A stretch of 64,000 nucleotides of DNA from Somniosus microcephalus (Eukaryota): assembly GCA_052327205.1 (NCBI GenBank), contig CM126203.1, forward strand, positions 101,246,001-101,310,000. Direction: 5' to 3'. Of this stretch, positions 38,418 to 49,768 are shown in pieces. Positions within the stretch are counted from its first letter, which is position 1. Every line of letters starts with the position of its first letter. The position numbers and the translations under genes are program-made. A model generated the notes under the pieces. It made no database searches, was not told where the DNA came from, and saw nothing but the letters and a program-made list of their open reading frames with translations.

Positions 38418-38620
38418 ACATAAAAACATAAGCAATAGGAGGAGTAGGCCATATGGCCCATCAAACCTGTTCCACCATTCAATAAGATCATGGCTGAAAT
38501 TCTACACCATCTCCACTTTCCTGCTCTATGCCCATAATTCCCTTAGTGCCCAAAAATCTATCGATCTCTGTCTTGAATATGCTCATCAACTGAGTATCAA
38601 CTGAGTACCCACAGCTCTCT
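38418..38620 (-). mobile_element. CR1 3' terminal fragment
   Basis: Homologous to the CR1 3' end at 47186-47380. Confidence 0.7.
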
Positions 38621-40232
38621 TGGCAGCAGCATTGCCTCACTGCCACAAAAGGCAGCTGACTAGGCTGTCCAATACATTATCCATTAGCCACATGTAACTA
38701 ATTGTGAATTTAGATGTGGCTAATTGCATTTCTGATTATTAAATATAAAAATGAGTACACACCATCATTGGGCATGTGCTCTCAATACACATTTGCACGA
38801 CATATCCACGTGTGCTTTAGCCTTTTTGTGTGTTTGTTGGTAAAATGACAAAAAGCAGAGTGTGCAAGTGTTCTTAGATTGTTGAGTGCTTGACTTCCTT
38901 GGTTACAGAACAGCGATAGATTTTTTCTAGATATACACACGCAAGTCACATTTACTTATGCGAATATATGCAAGGGGTTGTCTACTAAAATTAGTTAATG
39001 AGATGCCGATTATGTGTCCTCCTTAGTGTAAGTAAAAGTATTTCGTGACTGCAGCAGGTAAACTGTACCATCTAGTGAAAAACCAATTATCTAGGTATAG
39101 GAATTAGAGCACAAGACGCTAATACAAAGAGGGAGCAAGGACGGAGGCAGGAATTTCCTGCTAGGTGAATTGTAATCTTGAATGCTGAAGCTTCCGACTG
39201 CACTGAGGATCCCCTGTATCATTCAGCTGGCCCAAAATAATGGCTTCACTCTAATCACACAAGGCATAGTTTCAGCAGTGAAAAAGCTAATCACCAGATG
39301 TATTTTCTATACTCAAGATTCAAAAATGCTATCAAAAATGCTATCAAAAACACTTCCATTATTGAAACAGAATATGAACTAGGGGCATTCAAATACAAGT
39401 ACAAGTTGGATATCAAAACCCTTTTGCAATATTCATGGATTACATGATTGAATACAGTTTAGTTTCAACAGTTCCATATTTGCTAAGTTCACTAGGCTCG
39501 ATTGCACAGCCTTTATTTATTTAGGCTAGCGGAAAAGGCAAATTGCTATTTAAAACATGCTAGCATTAAGTTCAAGTTGAAATTTTTTAATCTTTACCTT
39601 CCATGTAAAACCACTTCGCATACAATTTGGTATTGGAAATTCACAGCTTCTAATTATTGCAGCTTTTTAATTCATAAAAAGCAAGAAATGACCAAGTTAC
39701 CATAATTTGTTGGCTGAAACTAATTAATATCCAATTCCAGTATCATATGTCTCAAAATCCTCCCACACAGCCAAGATTAACTTGAGTAGCCAATTTTCAT
39801 TATCAGTATATTTACCATACCAGCAAGAGAAACAAGGACCAATAAGTAGAATGCTTGAGTTTTGGAATATTAACCTTGCATTCCAGTTCCAGAAACATTT
39901 TAATTAATGCTTTCTCTAAAGGACTAGTTTGCCAGTTTTGGATGGATCAAAAGGTACCCCAGCAAGAAAATCGAGATGCAATAGTAAAAACATGCATGGA
40001 CTGAGATCTATTCGCTCAACCAAGGTGATTAGCATAAATTCAAAAGGAGTAAGAGAATTTTAAAGCATTTTAAACCAAATATAGTTATTTAAATTTGTGA
40101 ATTAAATAGGTTTAGAAATATTTACGGTTAGATAAAAAAAAATTAATATTTTACTTTAAACAAAAGACTACAAACTGGCTTCTAAATCTATAATAAAGAT
40201 CTTCAAATTTTTAACTTTACAATACTACTTAC

Positions 40233-40352
40233 GTCACTGGTATTCACAAGCCATGTAATCTCTCCAAAAGATGCCAGTTCACCATTCACATAGCACCGGA
40301 TCTCACTGTTCTTCCAACGATTGTAGATATGTACTATAGTCACCATGTACCA
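40233..40352 (-). CDS. LRBA: LRBA coding exon (120 nt)
   Basis: [40 protein letters not shown]; TATAG| acceptor, GAC|GTAAGT donor. Confidence 0.96.
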
Positions 40353-40849
40353 CTATAATAAAGAATTTTTAAAACAATTTATATACCCGAAAGAAATGGC
40401 ACAGTAAAAAGGTGCACGTTGCTTAATGTCATAATGAACAAAATATAGGAACATAAAGAATTAGCTACTGTAATGCAGTTTAAGTGGTTCTCCAGTAAAA
40501 TACCTTGCTGGATTCAAATACAGTTTTCCTCAGCTACAAGTTCCGAGAAAGCAACACTGAAATTTCTACTATTTGCAATAATGAACCATTTGTCCACATT
40601 TTTATATGTAAGACACTGGATAAACTAGAAAGGTCCACATATTCGATTTAGGCCATTTTTTTTTTTTTTTTTTTTTTAAATGCTACAAATTTCAGTGTGA
40701 TTTTCAGGTCAAGATATCCATGTTTTATTCCAAATGTTGGTATCTGAAGTCCATTACATTGGTTGGACAAATTAAATCATGCTCTGTTGGCTGACTCGAG
40801 AGCAACAATGGGTCACCAAGAAGTTCTCTTGGCCAACATCCCATCCACC

Positions 40850-41230
40850 ACCCTTCATAAACTTCATCTCATTTAAATCTCTGCTGCTCATAGCCTATCC
40901 CACAACCACACCTTTGTTGACCTAGATTGACTTCATAGTCCCCCAGAGCCTCAAATTTAAAATTCTCTTCCTTGTACTAAAACCACTCCATGCCATCCGC
41001 CCAACCGCCGCCCCCCTCCTCAGACTCCAGCCTCTTATGTATACTCTCTTCCTCTAACCCACCACTGGCAACCATGTCATCAGCCATATAGATCCCACTC
41101 TCTGAAATTCCCTTCCCAGACTACTAAACCTTCCTGTCCTCCTTTACAACCCTCACACCTCCTAATCTCTCCTCGTTTGGCTCGGCATTTATCCATTTTG
41201 CTGTTCTTTCTTGAACAGCCAATTCTGGGA
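40850..41230 (+). mobile_element. Degenerate L2 3' fragment
   Basis: Remnants resembling KFKILFLV.K.LH and PTLWNSLP. Confidence 0.5.
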
Positions 41231-41799
41231 TATGATCACAAGCACTGGCTACACCTTGTCCTATTGGTCCTTGTTCACTTGAGCCAGAGCAACAAATGTC
41301 GACAGTCTAGTCGACCAAGTGCATTACAGCTGAACCCAGGTATTATCCTCTTCAGGCATGCACACTGTTTATTTATCATGAAACCAGGACAAGCAGCAAG
41401 ATTCTCCCCCACTGAGCTCAGGAACCGCAAGGTAAATTCTAATACTCCTACCAGCAGTTAACTAGGACCGACATGAATCACATTTGGGACCCTCATCTGT
41501 ATGGCTTAGCATCAGATCACATGGTGCATCTACCCCATTGAGTGATTAAGCAAACTTGGGACTGGGAGTACTTCCAGCTTGAAACAAATGATTCAAATAA
41601 AATAGGTGGCAAGGTTTCATTACAGTACAAAATGTAGCATCATGTTAGCTATTCAGGAAAATATATTTATTAGAATAGTTTGTGGATACTTAATCCACAT
41701 ATGTAGATTATTAAGCAATGTAAACCTCCTGACTCCTTAAAAAATAAAATTTTGCCATCACAAGCTTCAAGTTAAGCATGTCAGATGGTGAATACTTGC

Positions 41800-41926
41800 C
41801 TTCTGTGGCTTGAAGTCATACTTCACACAATGCTGGAATCCTTTTCCTTTTGATTTTATTGATGTCACAATTAAACAACCACCAACAAAATGAGCAGAAT
41901 ATCCAAGTCCTTTATTAGTACGGAAG
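41800..41926 (-). CDS. LRBA: LRBA coding exon (127 nt) ending at a GC donor
   Basis: (C)[42 protein letters not shown]; CTAG| acceptor; donor AAG|GCAAGT is required to keep frame. Confidence 0.95.
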
Positions 41927-42502
41927 CTAGTGGAAAGAAAAAGCTTTTTAGTGAGCACTTTCAGCTTCATCAATAACCTGATAATCTAATTATTACCTCA
42001 CCAAGTAATATTGCAAGAACTGCAAACATGAAAAATGAAGAGGCCTAAATTAATAGCAGATCTCCTGTGACATTACTCATGATAAGTCGAACATTATACT
42101 TTTGCAAAGAGTACTGTGGTGTGGGAGTGGGGGGGACAGATGCACTGAAAGGATTGGGACAGAAGTGTGTCAAAGACATTCTGACAATGAAGCAATTCTT
42201 GGTTTGATTGGATCCTCCATTCAAAAGATAAATGGTGGATTGATAAATAAATACATTTGTTCCCCTCATAGTTGTATAAATAAATCTATGCACATCTCAA
42301 AAGGGGAGCAACTGTAAACCTAGGATATTAAATATGCAATTTGCCTCATCTGTTCAGGATGCATGTTTTTACAGGAATGGCCAAGCAAAAAAACTTGAAA
42401 TTAAACTGAACTAATTCTCATAATTCTACTGTTACCGAGTATCGCTGCCACAGTGCTCAGTGTTACTAAACAGTTCTGCTTAAATAAACATTAAAATTCA
42501 GA

Positions 42503-42690
42503 AACAAAAGTGAAATACTGCAGATGCTGGAAATTTGAAATAAAAGCAGAAAATGCTGGAAACATTCAGCAAGTCAGGTCATTCATGAAAGGTAATTGAC
42601 CTGAAACGTTAAATTTGTTTCTCTCTCCACAGATGCTGCTTGGCTTGCTGAGTGTTTCTAACATTTTCTATTTAAATTTCAGGACTTGCA
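42503..42690. mobile_element. Penelope-type inverted terminal-repeat remnant (foldback) with a degenerate hammerhead core
   Basis: Arms ~42535-42578 and ~42636-42682 are reverse complementary; the centre reads TTCATGAAAGGTAATTGACCTGAAACGTTA. Confidence 0.7.
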
Positions 42691-42759
42691 TTCAAAATCT
42701 CTCCTCAAATAGCTCTCAAATATAAATAATGATACTGTTCTTCTGGATTTTGCCACCTA

Positions 42760-43500
42760 TATTAATCATTTAGCAAATAGCGAGGAGGGGCGTAAAAGAC
42801 TTCAGGAAGACAAAGACAGGTTAACAAAATGGGCAGACAAGTGAAAAATGTAATTTAATGTGGATAAGCATGAGGTAATACATTTTGGGAGAAAAAGTAC
42901 TGAATAATAGAAAGACACTGAAAAGGTATGGATGATGAAGAGAGACCCCCCCAGGGGCTCAAACACCCTGAAGACTCAAGTGCAGGTAAATAGAGCCATA
43001 AAAAAGGCCAAGAGTAAAGTAGCAATGAATGTATACAAAACATTGGTTAGGCCTCAGTTATGAGTACTTTCTGCAGTTTTGAACACCCTATTATGAAAGG
43101 GCATTAAAGCCAGAGAGAACAGATAGTATAGCTTCATGAAAATTATGCCAGAGATGGGAAACTATAGTTACGTGGACAGACTTGAGATACTGGGACTATT
43201 TCCACTGGAGCAAAGAAGGTTAATGGATTTAAGAGATTTCTAAAATTATGTAAAATTGACAGAATAAATAAGGAAAGACCATTTCCTCAGACTGGGGAGA
43301 CAGTGACAATGGACCATCAATTTAAATTTGTCATTAAGAGAGTGACGAGAGGAGCTCAGAAATTTCTTTACACAAGGAGGGTTGTTGTAGTATGGAATGC
43401 TTTGATAAGTATAGCAGAGGAAGATACAAAGGTATCAGAAGAAAACAGGACAGTGCGATTAGTTTTGCATTGCTCTAAGAACGCAAAGTTCTTGGAGTGC
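42760..43500 (+). mobile_element. Degenerate CR1 3' fragment (antisense to LRBA)
   Basis: Remnants resembling LQEDKDRL.KWA, YKTLVRPQL, LGLFPLEQRR and RVV.VWNAL. Confidence 0.7.
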
Positions 43501-43900
43501 GCCAACACCTGCAGCCACTGAATACATGATTGTAGAGCCTCCTCTAGCAAGGTACTATATTATTATGGATATTATGCATAGATGTTGCCATTAATTTCTA
43601 GTGCAGTAATTCCATGAGCAAGATATTATGCTTGTTAAACATCTTTCCAAGCTCACCGACTTATATCCATTCCATAATCTGCCTTGATTAGAAGTCCACT
43701 GACAATACTAACATCTCCTGTGTCACTCACTCTTCACACAAGGTTTGAATATACTGCTGCGCCTTCTTAATTCAGTTCCGTTTCCCTTTTTATAAAAGTA
43801 ACAGAATCTACTAGTTTTATGTTTAGCTCCAACTGTGCGTGCACCAACAGTAATGATCTCAGTAGACGTTCAAGTGCACCGAGTGAGAATTGAACACGAA

Positions 43901-44646
43901 GGAGGACAAATTCAGTTGGTTGCGCCTCCTCTTAGCACCTTAAGAGGGCGCTAATGGGACGCAATGCAACTAGCACCCGGGCGCGGCACTGCCCACGCCT
44001 TCCGCAAAATTCAGCGGGAGGTTAGTGGTGGTGCTAACCAGTAGCGCCCTGCGGCGCTGCGCCGCTAGCAATGACGTCATTGGCGTGCGCAGCACCCCGG
44101 CCACAATCTTCGGGAGCACCCCCTGACTTACTGCCAGACACCATGTCTGACGAGGTCAGGGAGGCCTACCTGCGGCCGGGGAGGTGCAATTTAAAGACGA
44201 GGTGCGGGGCGGCCATTTTTGTTGCTGGCCGCCTGCCAGCACCTGCCTGCGCGCCCGTCCCAGACCTCCTGAAACGCGCCCCCCCCCCCCCGCGGAGTGC
44301 TGGCTGCGCTCCAAGAGCCCGGCACTTCGAGTACCGGGCTCTTTTGCCTGCACTCCTGATCCCCAGGGACCCAGCTGGGCCCCAGGTTGCGCTGCACAAG
44401 GCCCCTCCCCTTTAAGAAGGGGAGGAAGGCCTGCAATACCGCGGCACGACGTGCCGCAGCATGTGGCGCTGCTGCACATAACACCGCAATATTGACTCAG
44501 TGCCCCAAGAGGGATGCAGGGCGCTTCCAGTAGTACCCCGCTTCCCTCTTGGGGCGCAACCACTCAATTTCCGGCGCGGGGACGCTAATTTTTCCAGGGC
44601 GCTACTTTTAGCGCCCTGGCGAAGGGCGCTACTCAATTTTTAGCCC
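43901..44646. mobile_element. Harbinger-type MITE (746 bp, CpG-rich)
   Basis: Left end GGAGGACAAATTCAGT versus right end (reverse complement) GGGCTAAAAATTGAGT, 11/16; flanks GAA/TAA; left end resembles the transposon terminus at 1509. Confidence 0.8.
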
Positions 44647-46067
44647 TAAGTTCCAGGCATAGCACTGGACCACAGGGGGGAAAAACTGAAATAAAAAGTA
44701 CCTCTCTGTATCTTTATTTGGTCTACATTTCATGAAAATTTTACCCTTCTAACTTGGACATTTCTATATTATGTAGGTTATTTTTCTGCTATTCTACTAC
44801 CACATATGCCCATATACTGTTACATCTGACTAAATTGTCATACATTATCAAGAACTTCCTTATCCTAGTCATAAGTGTGCCATGTCAGCTATAACCTATT
44901 TTCTACCAACAAACTGACCGTAACTCCAGTAACAATAATTAGAAAAATGTTTCATTTCAAAACATTGACACCAGTTTTTAACAAACCTTCAAGTGTAGCA
45001 TGTTGATTTGCCAGTGCCCTGCACCAAGAACATAGGGTGTAGATTAAAACCCATGCTTGCTCATATGAAGAACCCCTAATCTCAGCTGGGTCATCAGGAA
45101 CAAGTGGCAATAGAGGGTTGTGGGAAATAAATCAAAACGTGCCTCCTACAGTTCAACTCAAGCAGCAAAGGGACCGGCGAATGAATTGTTTACCTGTGTC
45201 AGAGAATGACGTGTGAAGAGAGTTTTTATTTTATTTCTCTTTAGAAGCGGGAACATAAAAACAAACAGGTTTTTAGTCCACTTAAAGAAAAATGTTAGAT
45301 TAATATTAAATCCACTGTATATCCAGTAACTAAGTATTCCAAATTTGGTTATGAAGGGATCCCCTGCAAAGTCAGATACCCTTATTTGATATTCCATGAA
45401 TATTACTCAACTTCAAAATGATGTTCCCAAATGGAAATATTGACAATATTTTTATTTTAGTTGAGCACTTACTTTTGATGATTCATGCAGAAAACTATGG
45501 GTCTATGTAAATTTTGCTCAGGTCACCAAACATTAGACCACTTAATGTAGTTGCACCAATTAGTGAGAAATGATTTATCTCCTGTTACCAGGTTATACTT
45601 CATCCTACATTTCAAACGTGGAAAAATAATAGTACTTAAGACGGACTTGCAAGCCTCCTAATGTTGTTTGTGTCACAAAGCTAGCTGAACCCTAAAAAGT
45701 ACTTATTTACAACTACCTTCACTTTAAAGTAATTGTCAAAACAGTTGTATTAATTTGAACCCTATTTTTGAATATCATGCCAACTTCCCCATCCTCATTG
45801 GTCAAGTTTTGTCAGTTCTCACTACAGCATCTAAATGGAGCACTGTGCAGCTAAGTACTCCATCTTGTATGTGGGTAGGGAAAGCAGCCAACAATTTGGC
45901 AGAATCAATACAACAGATTCTGTTAAATGATCAAGCAATAGTACTGACAGTTGTCAATGGGAAGGCCCAGTCTAATCCACTTTCATAGTGGACATGGACT
46001 AAGGCAAGAGAAAGCAATGGGAAACCTATATTGGACAAGAAAAAAATTAAACTTTCTATACACTTAC

Positions 46068-46189
46068 CAGTATAAGTAAGGTTTGTCTTTATCAACGTTG
46101 ATATTATTCAAAGGATCCATTCTGAGCCATGTGTGAAAAGTGAAGCCATTCTGATAGGGCCACTTTGCAATTGGAGGCAAAGCTATCGC
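46068..46189 (-). CDS. LRBA: LRBA coding exon (122 nt), start of ConA/LamG-like domain
   Basis: [40 protein letters not shown](C); TTTCAG| acceptor, TG|GTAAGT donor. Confidence 0.96.
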
Positions 46190-47185
46190 CTGAAATACAC
46201 AAAAGCACTCCATTAATTCTTTCTTGCCACATTTAGATTTTTCTTCCTCCTCAGATACCCATTGCCATGCATCATTCTTCAGCCAGATGGAAGAGCAAGA
46301 AACCAGTTTTCAGTGCTCCTGAACCAGCAAGTAAATACACAAGTATGCCGCGAGTTGATTCCCTAAAAATTCATCTTCCACCTGAAGTGGATCATCTGGA
46401 AATCATTGTGAGGAATTGCAAGAAAGATCTCACTCGTAAAATTTTAGCATGACAAAATTAGTTTTTTCCACTCAGATGTAACATTATTTTTTTTTGGGGG
46501 GGGGGGGGGGTGGGTGAAACTTTGCACTTTTTGTAACATTGATGTGTGAATAACTGTATAAGAAAGCATTCATTAAAAGGAGAGCAAAGCACCATCAACT
46601 GGACAAAAGCCATCCACGGACTAGATGCAACTTCCATTTTTTGTAAGCAAATACCTGATAGTACAGAGGAATCCAGTTGTAGTGATCAAGTTGGGCAGGT
46701 CATGAATGACCACTACATTAAAAGGTGGCAATTTCAATGTCTTTCCACCTTCTGAAATAATTTCAGAGTAACAGCAAAGCAGCACTCATTGGCAATTAAA
46801 AAAATTATGCTAAGCCTTGCAAACAGCTCCAATACACTGTAAGCAGTGATTAAAAGCAGATTCAACTGTATACTTCGGGCAGAGGGAGGACTTGCATTAA
46901 GTTCAGTCCCCACAGTTCAGTGGGCGCATTCGTGCAAATGCAATTTGCCCACTATAGGCGATGGCCAGAGTACTCATCAGACACCCTAATAAATTCCACG
47001 AGGGGGGCAGGCGCTAAAACTATCAAAACAAACAAAATATCTGCAGATAAGCAGCATAAACATTAAGTTTCAAGCCAACATAAATAAAAGTAGTTAAACC
47101 TAGCACACTTAAGAAATCAAATAATTAATGTTTTAAATATATTTTAAATTTAGATCATATCTCAATCTCCAGCAAATACAATGGT

Positions 47186-49447
47186 CATAGAAACATAGAA
47201 GATAGGAGCAGGCCATTCGGCCCCTCGAGCCTGCTCCGCCATTTAATGAGATCATGGCTGATCATCCAAATTCAGTACCCTGTCCCTGCTTTCTCCCCAT
47301 ATCCCTTGATCCCTTTAGCCTTAAGAAATATATCTAACTCCTTCTTGAATATATTTAATGAATTGGCCTCAACTGCCTTTTGTGGTTGAGAATTCCACAG
47401 GTTCACCACTCTGAAGAAATTCCTCCTCATCTCTGTCCGAAATGGCTTACCCCTTATCCTTAGACTTTGACCCCTGGTTCTGGACTCCCCCATCAGGAAC
47501 ATCCTTCCTGCATCTAGTCTGTCTAGTCCTGTTAGAATTTTATAAGTTTCAATGAGATCCCCTCTCATTCTTCTAAACTCCAGCAAGTATAAGCCCAATC
47601 AACCCAATCTCCCCTCATACACCATTCCTGCCATCCCAGGCATCAGCCTGGTGACTCTTCGCTGCACTCCTTCCATGGCAAGAGCATCCTTCCTCAGATA
47701 AGGCGACCAAAACTGCACACAATACTCCAAGGTGCAGTCTCACCAAGGCCTTGTACAACTGCAGCAAGACATCCTTGCTCCTGTACTTGAATCCTCTCGC
47801 TATTAAGGCCAACATACCATTTGCCTTCTTAACCGCCTGCGGCACCTACACGCTTACCTTCCGCGACTGATGCACAAGGACACCTAGGTCTCGTTGCACT
47901 TCCCCTTCTCCCAATCTATTGCCATTCAGATAATAATCTGCCTTCCTGTTTTTGCCACCAAAGTGGATAACCTCGCATTTATCCACATTATACTGCATCT
48001 GTCCAATCACCCAACCTGTCCAAATCATACTGGAGTTTTTCTGCATCCTCCTCACAGCACACACGCCCACCCAGCTTTGTGTCATCTGCAAACTTGGAGA
48101 TATTGCATCTAGTCCCCTGGTCTAGATTAATTATGTGAATAGCTGGGGTCCTAGCACCGATCCCTGCGGTACCCCACTAGTCACTGCCTGCCACTCGGAA
48201 AAAGACCCGTTTATTCCAACTCTTTGCTTCCTGTCTGCCAACTAGTTCTCTATCCAAGTCAGTACCTTACCCTCAATCCCATGTGCTTTAACTGTGCACG
48301 CCAATCTCTTATGCGGGACCTTATCGAAAGCCTTCTGAAAGTCCAAATACACCACATCCACTGGTTCTCCCTTATCTATTCTACCAGTTACATCCTCAAA
48401 AAATTCTAGATTAATCAAGCACAATTTACCTTTTGTAAATCCATGTTGATTTTGTCCGATCCCGTCACTGTTTTCCAAGTGCTCTGCTATTACATCTTTT
48501 AGAATGGACTCGAGCGTTTTCCCCACTACCAATGTCAGCCTTACCGGTCTATAATTCCCCGTTTTCTCTTGACCACCTTTTTTAAATAGTGGAGTTACAT
48601 TAGCTACCCTCCAATCCATGGGAACTGTACCAGAGTCTATAGAATTTTGGAAGATGACCAACAATGCATCTACTATTTCTAGGGCCACTTCCTTAAGTGC
48701 CCTAGGATGTAGATTATCAGACCCTGGGGATTTATCGGCCTTCAATCCCATCAATTTACCGAACACCATTTCCCTACAAATACTGATTTCATTCAGTTCC
48801 TCACTCTCATTAGACCCTATGTTCCCCGACATCTCTGGGAGGTTATTTGTGTCCTCCTTTGTGAAGACAGAACCAAAGTATGTATTTAATTGGTCTGCCA
48901 TTTCTTTGTTCCCCATTATAAATTCCCCTGATTCTGACTGCAAGGGACCTACGCTTGACTTCACCAATCTTTTTCTCTTCACATATCTATAGAAGCTTTT
49001 ACAGTCAGTTTTTATGTTCCCTGCAAGCTTACTCTCATACTCTATTTTCCCCCTCTTAATTAATCCCTTTCTCCTCCTTTGCTGAATCCTAAACTGCTCC
49101 CAATCCTCAGGTATGCTGCTTTTTCTGGCCAATTTATATGTCCTCTCCTTGTATCTTATGCTATCCCTGATTTCCCTCGTTAGCCACGGTTGCGCCACCT
49201 TTTTTGTTTTATTTTTATGCCAAGCAGGGATGAACAAATTCTGTAGTTCATCCATGCGATCTTTAAATATTTTCCATTGTCTATCCACTGTCAACCCTTT
49301 AAGTAACGTTCCCCAATCCGTCCTAGCCAACTCACACCTCATACCATTGTAGTTTCCTTTATTTAAATTCAGGATCCTAGTCTCTGAGTCAACTACTTCA
49401 CTCTCCATCTTAATGAAGAATTCTATCATATTATGATTGCTCCTCTC
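47186..49447 (-). mobile_element. CR1 LINE, 5'-truncated ~2.26 kb, ORF2 partly open (48242-49429)
   Basis: KSPGSDNLHPRALKE...WRVANVTPLFKKG...NYRPV.LT...QHGF.KGK.CL...VYLDFQKAFDKVPH; downstream RT/C-terminus is frameshifted; (TTCTATG)-type 3' tail. Confidence 0.95.
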
Positions 49448-49744
49448 CTGGTTTGTACAGTGTTAAAGATTGGAATGGCAGAACTGCAGTAACGGCTCTT
49501 TTAAAAGCCACCAACAGCCTCCCTGAAAGAGCTGCACTTTAGTTTCAATCTGGTAAATAAATTCTCACAGAAGCCTGGTTCAATCTTTGTGTCGCTGTCG
49601 AATTTACCACCCAATAAACTAATCATGTGTCCCTGATCGGCTCATTCCCTTTGCTCCCATATTCCACCTCTTTCTTTCCTTGTCTCCCTCCCACCCCACC
49701 ACTTAAGAGCTGGTTTCAGGGGTAAGGTCAAACTTCAGTCACCT

Positions 49745-49768
49745 TTCTCTCTCTCTCTCTCTCTCTCT
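49745..49768. repeat. (CT)n microsatellite
   Basis: Direct reading. Confidence 0.9.

Noticed and set aside
44071-44636. CpG island with a cluster of short GC-rich ORFs, suggesting a promoter or gene
   Set aside because: Entirely inside a TIR-bounded Harbinger-type MITE; the ORFs reflect high GC content.
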